Positions 39,971 through 48,436 of a stretch of 64,000 nt of DNA are shown piece by piece. Position 1 is the stretch's first letter. Each line of letters opens with the position of its first letter. Both the position numbers and the translations under genes were made by a program. The stretch is taken from NCBI GenBank assembly GCA_002728715.1, contig PBVQ01000018.1, forward strand, positions 10,015 to 74,014. Direction: 5' to 3'. Under the pieces are notes generated by a model. The model was not told the origin of the DNA. It did not search any database and saw nothing but the letters and a program-made list of their open reading frames with translations. Source of the stretch: Dehalococcoidia bacterium (GTDB lineage Bacteria; Chloroflexota; Dehalococcoidia; Lucifugimonadales; Lucifugimonadaceae).

Positions 39971-40786
39971 TTAGTGATGGCATGTTGCACAATCTGTCGG
40001 AGCACCATTATCTCTATGGCAATCAACACATTGTCTCATTTTTAGGGGTTCGACCTGGTACACTTTTTCCATAGATGCAACATTTCCATGGCAAGTTGAA
40101 CAAACTGCTGAAGGACCTGTTGTTACACCATCTGTTTCACCCTTTATATGTTCAGGGTTAGCTGATAAGTACCTTATATGAGGCTCATGAACAAATCTAA
40201 CATGGTCGGGTAACCTATGAACCCTTCTCCAATTAATTGGAGAAGTCCCATCTTCTCCAATAATTCCAGCAGCATCTCTTAGGATATTTAATTGAACATT
40301 ATCCTCTGACCCAATTACTCCGTGGCAATTGGCACAAAAATTTACAGGTGGAATATAGGCATTTGCTCCTGCTGCTGTATTTTTATTTACAGTTCTATGG
40401 CAAAAAGTACAATCGGTTCCTAAACCAACCATTACGTTACCATCTGCATCCTTATAATCTAATTGTTTTGTTGATGCATGAACCGTATGTGGAAAATTAA
40501 TGGGTTGGTCAAATGTTTGTTCAAAGCCTAGTACAGGAATGGGCTGACCCCACCACGCAGTTATTATAAACGAAGCAATAGCTCCAACAAAAGCTAAAGT
40601 GAACAGTCCTCCTATAGGTAGCAAATACATTAATGTTTTTGGTAATTCAACATCACCTAAGTGTGTGGGAGGAGGAGGGGGTTTTGGTAATTTAATGGGT
40701 AGTTTAGGAAAATTAAAGGGTAATTTAGGTAAATTGAAAATACCTGATTTAGCTTCATTATCTTTATGTTTATTTTCCAAATCCAA
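39971..40786 (-). CDS. actA: ACIII pentaheme cytochrome c subunit (ActA)
   Basis: Five CxxCH motifs (CTFCH, CANCH, CSTCH, CVDCH, CATCH) after one TM anchor. Pro/Lys-rich N-terminus PKLPFNFPKLPIKLPKPPPPP. Confidence 0.8.
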   Translation of the reverse strand: MDLENKHKDNEAKSGIFNLPKLPFNFPKLPIKLPKPPPPPTHLGDVELPKTLMYLLPIGGLFTLAFVGAIASFIITAWWGQPIPVLGFEQTFDQPINFPHTVHASTKQLDYKDADGNVMVGLGTDCTFCHRTVNKNTAAGANAYIPPVNFCANCHGVIGSEDNVQLNILRDAAGIIGEDGTSPINWRRVHRLPDHVRFVHEPHIRYLSANPEHIKGETDGVTTGPSAVCSTCHGNVASMEKVYQVEPLKMRQCVDCHRDNGAPTDCATCHH

Positions 40787-40819
40787 TTTTTTCCCTGTTT
40801 AACCTGATAGCTTCAATAT

Positions 40820-41110
40820 TTATATCCAAAATCTGGAATAAGTTTCTTGCAGAAAGTTTAAGTTTCTAGAAAACATTATGAGTGATCCAATAATACCTAA
40901 TAGGCAAAAAGTTCCAAATGCATATAGTGGCTTTCTAAGTTTTGTCCACTTTGCATCAATTGACTTATCTCCTATAGCAGAAGGAATCATTGCATGAGCT
41001 ATAAGAAGTGAAGGTCCAGCCATTAATGCAAAACCAAGTGCTAGCCATAAAAACTTCAGGGCCATTCCTACTTCAGCCCATTGATCCTTTGAAAGTGGTG
41101 CTGGATCCAT
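40820..41110 (-). CDS. small two-TM membrane protein, first gene of the ACIII operon
   Basis: 96-aa ORF with two hydrophobic helices, 33 nt upstream of actA on the same strand. Confidence 0.4.
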   Translation of the reverse strand: MDPAPLSKDQWAEVGMALKFLWLALGFALMAGPSLLIAHAMIPSAIGDKSIDAKWTKLRKPLYAFGTFCLLGIIGSLIMFSRNLNFLQETYSRFWI

Positions 41111-41369
41111 TAAAAATTAAACTCCTAAAAAATTAATTTTAAATTTTGTTTATAATTTTTCTAATCTATATAAATTTTATTGATTACCTAAAATCTATGC
41201 AATGTCATAAAACATAATTTGTTGTAAATTTTGATTAAAAATAGTGTTTTAAGCATTATTTATAATAATTATGCCAAATATCAATATACTTATAAAAGAC
41301 TTTGTGCAATTATTAAAATATTACAATACATTCTATTCTATTATAAAAATTCGGCTAGAGAGGTAAATT

Positions 41370-42368
41370 TTGACTATTCCAAAGACTAAACTTAAGTGGA
41401 TTTACGAGACTATGTATAGAATTAGACGTTTTGAGGAAACAATGCTTGAGCAAACCTTTAAGGGCAATGCTATGGGAGTAACCCATCCATCTGATGGTCA
41501 AGAAGCACCGCCCACAGGAATTTGTGCTCATCTTACTAATGATGATTGGATAGGTTCTACACATAGAGGTCACGGGCATTGTATAGCAAAGGGTCTAGAT
41601 ACAAGTGCAATGATGGCTGAAATAATGGGTCGTTCTACCGGGCAATGTGGAGGTAAGGGGGGCTCAATGCACATAGCAGATTTTTCTAAGGGTATGTTGG
41701 GAGCTAATGCTATTGTTGGGGCATCTATTCCTTTAGCAGTAGGAGCAGCACTCACAGCTAAATACAAAGATAATGAAACTAATTCAATAGGTGTCTCATT
41801 TTTTGGCGATGGAGCAACTTCCCAGGGAATTCTGCACGAATCTATGAATTTAGCTTCTGTGTGGAAATTACCTGTCATTTTTGCTTGCGAGAATAATGGA
41901 TATGCTGAAGCTACCCCTGCTTGGTATGCAGTATCAACCGAAGATATTGCATCAAGGGCTGAAGGTTATGGTATGCCTGGTATTGTAGTTGATGGTATGG
42001 ATGTTTTCGAAGTCTATGACGCAGCAGGTGAGGCTGTTAAGAGAGCTAGAGCAGGTGAAGGCCCAACACTTATTGAGATGAAAACTTATAGATACCACGG
42101 GCATTTTCACGCAGATGACACAAAAAAATACCGAACAGATGAGGAAGAAAAATTATTTCATCAAAAGGATCCTATTAGTAATTTTGAAAAAAGGGTTATT
42201 AGTCAAAAACTTATGACTAAAACTGAACTTGAATCTATAAAGTCTGAAATTGAAAAGGAAATGTTAGTAGCGGTGGAGTTTGCTATGAATAGTCCAATGC
42301 CAGATATTAAAGATTTGTATAAAGATGTCTATGTTGAATACTCTAATTCTATTCAAGGATTGAGATAA
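41370..42368 (+). CDS. thiamine-diphosphate-dependent 2-oxoacid (pyruvate/acetoin) dehydrogenase E1 alpha subunit
   Basis: RRFEE, HRGHGHCIAKG, GKGGSMH, FFGDGATSQG and YRYHGH motifs. Confidence 0.85.
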   Translation: MTIPKTKLKWIYETMYRIRRFEETMLEQTFKGNAMGVTHPSDGQEAPPTGICAHLTNDDWIGSTHRGHGHCIAKGLDTSAMMAEIMGRSTGQCGGKGGSMHIADFSKGMLGANAIVGASIPLAVGAALTAKYKDNETNSIGVSFFGDGATSQGILHESMNLASVWKLPVIFACENNGYAEATPAWYAVSTEDIASRAEGYGMPGIVVDGMDVFEVYDAAGEAVKRARAGEGPTLIEMKTYRYHGHFHADDTKKYRTDEEEKLFHQKDPISNFEKRVISQKLMTKTELESIKSEIEKEMLVAVEFAMNSPMPDIKDLYKDVYVEYSNSIQGLR

Positions 42369-42383
42369 GCAAGGAGGTAATTT

Positions 42384-43451
42384 ATGGTTGAAAAAACTAA
42401 CACAAATCCATTGGGCCCAGGATATGAAAATGTTCCTGGTAAAGAAATGAGATTTCGGGATATTTTTAGAGACACTCTTAGAGCGGAAATGATTAGAGAT
42501 GAAAATGTTTTTTTAATGGGAGAGGACATTTCTGGTGGTTTTGACAAAAAAACTAAGGAGCCGCTTGATGCTTGGGGTGGTCCCTTTGCAGCTACAAAAG
42601 GGCTTGTTCAAGAATTTGGCCCAAAAAGAATAAGAGATGCACCTATTTCTGAGGCTGCTTTTACTGGTGCTGCTGTTGGAGCTGCCTTAACTGGACTCAG
42701 GCCTATAGTTGATTTAATGTATTTTGATTTTGTTACAGTAGCTTATGATCAATTATTATCTAATGCTGCAAAGAGTAGATATATGTTTGGCGGACAAACA
42801 AAAGTACCTATGACTCTTTTTGCGCGATCTGGAGCTGGAACTGGACATGCAGCTCAGCATTCGGAAAGTTTTTATTCAATGCTAGCTCATATTCCTGGAT
42901 TAAAAGTTGTAGTTCCTTCCGATCCTTACTCTGCGAAAGGTTTATTGGCTGCATCTATCAGGGACGATGATCCTGTGTTTTTAGTGAATGATAAAAAATT
43001 GATAAATCTATCAGGTTTTGTACCTGATGAGGATTATACAATTGAACTGGGTAAAGGAAGATATTTGAGAAATGGTAATGACATAACTCTTGTTGGAATG
43101 TCATACACCTCAATTGTTTGTAAAGAGGCAGCAGAAAAATTAGAAGCTGATGGTATAAGTTGTGAAGTTATAGACATGATGTCATTGTCTCCTTTTGATG
43201 AAGATATTCTTATTGAATCTATAAAGAAAACAAATAATGTTGTAATTGTAGACGAGGACACTCCAAGAGCTTCAATGGCGTCTGAATTTGCTGCTGTTAT
43301 AGCTGACAAAGGATTTGATTATTTAGATTCTCCAATTAAGAGAGTTACGGCTCCTCATAGTCCCGTTCCTTATAATAGAGATTTAGAAAAAGCTTTCATG
43401 CCACAACCAGAGGATGTAGTTTATTCAGTTAAACAAGTTTTAGGTTTGTAG
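42384..43451 (+). CDS. 2-oxoacid dehydrogenase E1 beta subunit
   Basis: FLMGEDI, DAPISEAAFTGAAVGAALTGLRPIV and HSQ-type block (AAQHSESF), followed by a transketolase C-terminal domain. Confidence 0.85.
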   Translation: MVEKTNTNPLGPGYENVPGKEMRFRDIFRDTLRAEMIRDENVFLMGEDISGGFDKKTKEPLDAWGGPFAATKGLVQEFGPKRIRDAPISEAAFTGAAVGAALTGLRPIVDLMYFDFVTVAYDQLLSNAAKSRYMFGGQTKVPMTLFARSGAGTGHAAQHSESFYSMLAHIPGLKVVVPSDPYSAKGLLAASIRDDDPVFLVNDKKLINLSGFVPDEDYTIELGKGRYLRNGNDITLVGMSYTSIVCKEAAEKLEADGISCEVIDMMSLSPFDEDILIESIKKTNNVVIVDEDTPRASMASEFAAVIADKGFDYLDSPIKRVTAPHSPVPYNRDLEKAFMPQPEDVVYSVKQVLGL

Positions 43452-43455
43452 TTTT

Positions 43456-43493
43456 TATTAATGTGGATAAAAAATATTAATGTGGATAAAAAA
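43456..43493. repeat. perfect tandem duplication of a 19-mer (TATTAATGTGGATAAAAAA x2)
   Basis: Read directly from the sequence. Fills most of the 53-nt gap between the convergent E1 beta and DUF971 genes. Confidence 0.9.
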
Positions 43494-43504
43494 ATTTTAG
43501 TTAT

Positions 43505-43816
43505 TTATTCGCATATTACAGATTTATCAACCTGACTCATTTTACGTAATATATTATATGGATAAATACCCGTGCTGTGGCCATCTGACCATAAAAATTG
43601 TAGTGCATATTTACCCACTTCAAAATAATCAACTACGATAATATCTTCAGGTATAGTTGATACATTTAATAATTTTCTTCCTGTCATTTCTTCAACGCAA
43701 CTTGCGCACCCACATTGTGACCTTAGGTATTTATACGGATATATGCAGTGTATTTTATCTGCCCATAAAATTTTTACTCCATTATCAAGCAGTTTTACTT
43801 CATTAGGTATATCCAT
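43505..43816 (-). CDS. DUF971 (gamma-butyrobetaine hydroxylase N-terminal-like) zinc-binding protein
   Basis: YLRSQCGCASCVEE and FLWSDGHSTGIYPYNILR are typical of DUF971. Confidence 0.7.
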   Translation of the reverse strand: MDIPNEVKLLDNGVKILWADKIHCIYPYKYLRSQCGCASCVEEMTGRKLLNVSTIPEDIIVVDYFEVGKYALQFLWSDGHSTGIYPYNILRKMSQVDKSVICE

Positions 43817-43948
43817 AACTTTTCCTTGTCGGTAACATTCAAATAAATTGATTTTTATATTACAGAAAATATTGATTTTTTAAATATATATATAATACTT
43901 ATTATACGAAAATAGTTAAACATGAATAAATAATAAAGGTAAGAAGAA

Positions 43949-45010
43949 ATGTCACAAGAAGTAATAAAAGTAGGTTTTATTGGAGCAGGTACTAACACTA
44001 CATTCCGTCATATTCCTGGATTTAGAGCTATGCCTAACGTTGAACTAGTAGGAGTGGCTAATCGAAGTATTGAATCTTCAAAATTAGTAGCAGAAAAATA
44101 TGAAATTAAGAATATATATAATCATTGGATGGATCTAGTTGAAGATCCAGAAATTGATGCAATATGTATTGGCACTTGGCCCTATATGCATTCAATAATG
44201 ACTACTACTGCTCTTGAATTTGATAAGCATGTTTTATGTGAAGCAAGAATGGCTGCAAATGCTATTGAGGCACGTGAAATGCTTCATGCATCCCAATTAA
44301 AACCAAATTTGATAACTCAGATTGTTCCACCACCACACCTAATGCATTGCGAGGCACACCTAATCGATATGATTTCAGAGGGTTACTTGGGAGATATAAT
44401 AAATGTTAATATCAGAGTTAGTGATGGAAGTGCTTATCCTGATTCATTGACTGAGGTTCACTGGAGGCAGATAAGAGAATATTCAGGAAATAATGTTATG
44501 TTTTTAGGTATTTGGTATGAAAATTTAATGAGGCTTGTGGGACCTGCTAATTCAGTAATGGCTCAATCTCAAGTAGTAGTTAAGCAAAGACCAAATTGGG
44601 ATGGAGAAAAATATTTTGTATCTATTCCAGACCAAATTGATGTAATATATTCCTTGACTGGCGGTGGAAACGTTAACCTTTCAATGAGTTCTGTGAGTGG
44701 GCCTTTTTCAGAACCCATGGATCTTTGGATTTATGGATCAAAAGGTACGATTAGAATTAGAAGTAAAGGTCCAAATGAATTACCTATAGTTGAAGGAGCT
44801 TCTAAGGGGGAAAAATCTATGTCTATAATTAATATACCTTTAGAAAAGCAAGGAAAATGGAGAGTGGAGGAAGAATTTATAAATGCTATCAGGGGTAAAG
44901 AGCAAATTAGTAGGTCAAATTTTGTTGATTCATTAAAATATATGGAATTCACGGATGCTGTTCAAGAATCATGGCAAACCGGTAGTAGAATTTACTTACC
45001 TTTAGTATAA
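43949..45010 (+). CDS. Gfo/Idh/MocA-family NAD(P)-dependent oxidoreductase
   Basis: IKVGFIGAGTNTTFRHIPGF Rossmann N-terminus and the CEARMA (EKP-like) region. Confidence 0.8.
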   Translation: MSQEVIKVGFIGAGTNTTFRHIPGFRAMPNVELVGVANRSIESSKLVAEKYEIKNIYNHWMDLVEDPEIDAICIGTWPYMHSIMTTTALEFDKHVLCEARMAANAIEAREMLHASQLKPNLITQIVPPPHLMHCEAHLIDMISEGYLGDIINVNIRVSDGSAYPDSLTEVHWRQIREYSGNNVMFLGIWYENLMRLVGPANSVMAQSQVVVKQRPNWDGEKYFVSIPDQIDVIYSLTGGGNVNLSMSSVSGPFSEPMDLWIYGSKGTIRIRSKGPNELPIVEGASKGEKSMSIINIPLEKQGKWRVEEEFINAIRGKEQISRSNFVDSLKYMEFTDAVQESWQTGSRIYLPLV

Positions 45011-45018
45011 CTTTTATA

Positions 45019-45798
45019 ATGGCAGGCAAAAATATTCAAATAGATTTGAACGCGGATATAGGTGAATCCTATGGGATTTATAATTTAGGTGATGATGAAA
45101 AGATTGTCGAGATAATTACTTCTGCAAATATAGCTACTGGTTTTCATGCAGGTGATCCAAATCATATGAAAAGAACAGTAGATCTATGTGAAATAAATGA
45201 TTTTGGTATTGGAGCGCACCCTGCATATCCAGACAAACTTGGGTTTGGTAGAAGAGATATGAATCTTCAAACTGAAGAAATATCAAACATATTAACATAC
45301 CAGATTGGATCACTGATTGGTTTTACGAAACGGAAAAAAATTCAACATGTAAAGCCACATGGAGCATTATATAATTCTGCAGCAAAGGATGAAAGAATTG
45401 CCAATGCAGTTGTAGATACAATTATGAAATTTGATCCAGAATTGATACATGTGGTTTTGGCCGGTTCTATTTGGGAGGATATTGCTAGGTATAAAAAAGC
45501 AAGAGTAGCAAGAGAATGTTTTGCTGATAGAGCAGTTAATAAGGATGGTAGTTTAGTTTCAAGATCTATGCCAAACGCGGTTATAGATGACCTAGATGAA
45601 ATTATAAAAAGATCTAAAAAAATGGTAATTGAGAGTAAGGTTGTAGCTAATGATGGAACAGAGATTAATTTTGTTGCTGACTCTATTTGTGTCCATGGCG
45701 ATAACCCAAAAGCTATATTAATTGCTAGTTCTTTAGAAAGAAGCTTTTTGGATGAAGGGATAAGAATATTACCTTTATCCAAAATGGAAAATATCTAG
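45019..45798 (+). CDS. pxpA: LamB/YcsF family protein (5-oxoprolinase subunit A-like)
   Basis: IDLNADIGESYG, ANIATGFHAGDP, GAHPAYPDKLGFGRR and KPHGALYN. Confidence 0.85.
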   Translation: MAGKNIQIDLNADIGESYGIYNLGDDEKIVEIITSANIATGFHAGDPNHMKRTVDLCEINDFGIGAHPAYPDKLGFGRRDMNLQTEEISNILTYQIGSLIGFTKRKKIQHVKPHGALYNSAAKDERIANAVVDTIMKFDPELIHVVLAGSIWEDIARYKKARVARECFADRAVNKDGSLVSRSMPNAVIDDLDEIIKRSKKMVIESKVVANDGTEINFVADSICVHGDNPKAILIASSLERSFLDEGIRILPLSKMENI

Positions 45799-45800
45799 AA

Positions 45801-46460
45801 ATGAATATAAATAAACCTAAAATCTCTCATCTGGGAGATTCTAGCATAGTAGTAAGATTTTCAGATAAAATCAATTCTGAAGATAATGATAAAGTATATA
45901 GTTTTTATAAGTTGATTAAAGAAAAAAACTATTCTTTTGTTAATGATGTAATACCTACTTATAATTCTGTTGCTATTGAATATTTACAAAGTGAAAAAAC
46001 TTTTTTTGAAATTAAAGAACTTGTAAAATCTCTTACAGATGAATTAAGTGAAATAAAATTTGATTACGAAAAAAAAATTATAGATATCCCGGTAAAATAT
46101 GGAGGTAAATATGGTCCGGATATAAACTTTGTTGCTGATTACTGTAAAATTTCTAGGGAAAAATTAATTGAATTACATACTGGTGTAGATTATAGAGTTT
46201 ATATGATTGGTTTTTCACCGGGCTTCCCATACTTAGGAGGTATGAACTATAAATTAGTATGTCCTAGAGTAAAAAAGCCTAGGATAAATGTTCCAGCAGG
46301 GTCAGTAGGTATAGCTGAACAACAAACAGGAATTTATCCAATAGATAGTCCTGGAGGTTGGCAAATTATAGGTAAAACTTTCTTAAATTTATTCGATTTA
46401 AGCAATAAAAATCCATCCTATATTTCTCCAGGAAATATTATTAGGTTTAGGGAGGATTAG
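45801..46460 (+). CDS. pxpB: KipI / allophanate hydrolase subunit 1-like (5-oxoprolinase subunit B-like)
   Basis: IPVKYGG..GPD, YMIGFSPGFPYLGG, GSVGIAEQQTGIYPIDSPGGWQIIGKT. Confidence 0.85.
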   Translation: MNINKPKISHLGDSSIVVRFSDKINSEDNDKVYSFYKLIKEKNYSFVNDVIPTYNSVAIEYLQSEKTFFEIKELVKSLTDELSEIKFDYEKKIIDIPVKYGGKYGPDINFVADYCKISREKLIELHTGVDYRVYMIGFSPGFPYLGGMNYKLVCPRVKKPRINVPAGSVGIAEQQTGIYPIDSPGGWQIIGKTFLNLFDLSNKNPSYISPGNIIRFRED

Positions 46461-47531
46461 TTGCCGTACTTAAGAGTAACATCTCCAGGGCTTTTTTCAT
46501 CAGTTCAAGATAATGGTAGAGATGGTATGAAATCTATTGGTATATCTTCTGGAGGAGCCCTTGATACTCAATCATATTCTATGTCAAATTATATTCTTGG
46601 TAATTCTAAAAATGATGCAAGCATAGAAATTATAGGAGGGGGCTTTGATGCTATATTTTCTGAGCCTACTTTTTTTTGTGTAACCGGCGCACATGCTAAG
46701 AACTATTTAGACAAAAAATTAATATTAAGCAATACCCCCTATTATGCCTCATCTGGATCTAAGATAAATATTGGAATTCTCGAGGATGGCTGGATTTGTT
46801 ATATAGGTATTATTGGAGGTGTACAAAGTAAAAAATATCTTGGGTCAAGATCTGTATATATTAATTCAGAAATTTTTGGAGAGAGAATTGATAAAAATAC
46901 AAAAATTAATTACATGGAAAAAAAATATTCACCTAAACCTAAAATTTACAGAATAAAAAATGAATATACAAACCTATCAATAAGCAATGAAGTTACATCA
47001 ATTAGAGTATTAGAATCTACGGAATATAATAAATTTACTGAAAAATCTAAAAAACTATTTTTTAGTTCAATTTTTACTATCTCTGATCAATATAATCGAC
47101 AAGGTATGAGGCTTAATGGCCCAGAAATTAATACTAAAAAAGATAATCATGATATTATCTCAAATTACGTTAATAAAGGTTCGATCCAAGTTCCAGGTGA
47201 TAAAATGCCTATAGTTTTACTTTCTGACTCGCAAACAACTGGCGGGTATCCCAAGATAGCAAATGTAATTAGTGTCGATTTTACTAAATTAGTCCAGCTA
47301 AGGCCAGGTAGTAAGATAAGGTTTGTACTTACTGATATAGTTGAAGCTCAAAAAATATTTAGAAAAAATAATAAATATATTGAACATAATATTTATGAGA
47401 AAAAGCTAGAAAAAATTTCACTTAAGGTAAATGGTTCTGATATTAGTTTTGGGTATTTATTTGGAGATAATGCAAACCTAATTGACATAGATGGGCGATT
47501 ATTGCCTTTAGATTTTATTAAAGAATTATAA
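46461..47531 (+). CDS. pxpC: KipA / allophanate hydrolase subunit 2-like (5-oxoprolinase subunit C-like) with C-terminal extension
   Basis: VTSPGLFSSVQDNGRDG, SGGALD, GSIQVPGDKMPIVLLSDSQTTGGYPKIANVISVD. About 45 extra C-terminal residues. Confidence 0.85.
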   Translation: MPYLRVTSPGLFSSVQDNGRDGMKSIGISSGGALDTQSYSMSNYILGNSKNDASIEIIGGGFDAIFSEPTFFCVTGAHAKNYLDKKLILSNTPYYASSGSKINIGILEDGWICYIGIIGGVQSKKYLGSRSVYINSEIFGERIDKNTKINYMEKKYSPKPKIYRIKNEYTNLSISNEVTSIRVLESTEYNKFTEKSKKLFFSSIFTISDQYNRQGMRLNGPEINTKKDNHDIISNYVNKGSIQVPGDKMPIVLLSDSQTTGGYPKIANVISVDFTKLVQLRPGSKIRFVLTDIVEAQKIFRKNNKYIEHNIYEKKLEKISLKVNGSDISFGYLFGDNANLIDIDGRLLPLDFIKEL

Positions 47532-47606
47532 TTTTTTTGTTTTTTTGTTAGAATTTAGTTTGTTTTAACAATATTTTATTAAATATTAACTTACAGGAGA
47601 ATATTT

Positions 47607-47963
47607 TTGGATTCAAATGAATCAATATTATTAGACGGTGTATATGTTACTGCTATTGGTATGCTGACTGTTTTTTTAATATTAGTTCTTATTTTTATAT
47701 CTATAAAATTGGTAATTTTTCTTGCTTCAATTAAAAAAGACTTAAATGACAATACTGAAAATAATCAAATTATAAGAATCCCTGAACAAAATGTTAATAT
47801 TTCTGAAAGCCAAGTTGCTGCTATTGCTGTAGCTTATTTGTTGCGGGGTCATAACCAAAACATTGATCATTTTGACACTAATCAACCAGTTATAAAAAAT
47901 TCTAGTAATTGGTGGTCTAATGGCAATCAAAGAAGTTTGAACCAACCAACTACAAAATACTAA
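47607..47963 (+). CDS. oadG: OadG-like small membrane subunit of Na+-translocating decarboxylase
   Basis: N-terminal GVYVTAIGMLTVFLILVLIFISI helix is typical of the OAD gamma family, plus its position before the biotin carrier and oadB. The soluble tail is not conserved. Confidence 0.6.
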   Translation: MDSNESILLDGVYVTAIGMLTVFLILVLIFISIKLVIFLASIKKDLNDNTENNQIIRIPEQNVNISESQVAAIAVAYLLRGHNQNIDHFDTNQPVIKNSSNWWSNGNQRSLNQPTTKY

Positions 47964-47988
47964 GTTGATTTTAAGAAAGTAAATATAT

Positions 47989-48426
47989 TTGCCTGAGTCA
48001 AACTACATACAAATAAAAATAGGAAATGAATCCTACGATGTTGAAGTAGGCGATATTTCAGTATCACCTGTGGATGTAACAGTTAATGGGAATATTTATT
48101 CTGTTGATATATCTAAATATTTGAAAAATATTCAACCTAAAAAAAGAAAAATCACAAAAAAAATTCCTACAAGAACAAAAAAACAAGAAAATATTACCAA
48201 AAATAATAATACTGTTAATAACTCAGTTAAATCTCCCATGCCTGGCACTATACTAGGAGTGAAAGTATCAGTTGGGGATACTGTCAAGGCAGGGGATGAG
48301 CTATTGGTATTAGAATCAATGAAAATGGAAAATATGATTAATTCTCCTATAGATGGAACTATAAGTAAAATCTTAATATCAGAAGGTGATTCTGTTCAAC
48401 ATGGTCAGGAACTAATAATATTTTAA
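47989..48426 (+). CDS. biotin carboxyl carrier protein (MmdC/GcdC-type biotinyl domain)
   Basis: SPMPGTILGVKV..GDELLVLESMKMEN with the MKM biotinylation motif, a Lys-rich linker and N-terminal IKIGNESYDVEV / VTVNGNIYSV hairpins. Confidence 0.85.
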   Translation: MPESNYIQIKIGNESYDVEVGDISVSPVDVTVNGNIYSVDISKYLKNIQPKKRKITKKIPTRTKKQENITKNNNTVNNSVKSPMPGTILGVKVSVGDTVKAGDELLVLESMKMENMINSPIDGTISKILISEGDSVQHGQELIIF

Positions 48427-48436
48427 GGAGATAATA

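Noticed and set aside
41111-41369. FNR/CRP-type palindromes or a small ORF in the ACIII / E1 divergent region
   Set aside because: TTGAT- and TGTG-containing half-sites occur (TTGATTACCTAAAAT, TGTGCAATTATTAAAATATTACA), but none forms a proper TTGAT-N4-ATCAA or TGTGA-N6-TCACA dyad. No ORF of convincing length or with an RBS is present.
47532-47606. Terminator or independent promoter splitting pxpABC from oadG, the biotin carrier and oadB
   Set aside because: The 75-nt gap contains T-runs but no stem-loop that I can fold by eye. I cannot exclude an internal promoter, so operon continuity is stated as inference in the main finding rather than as fact.
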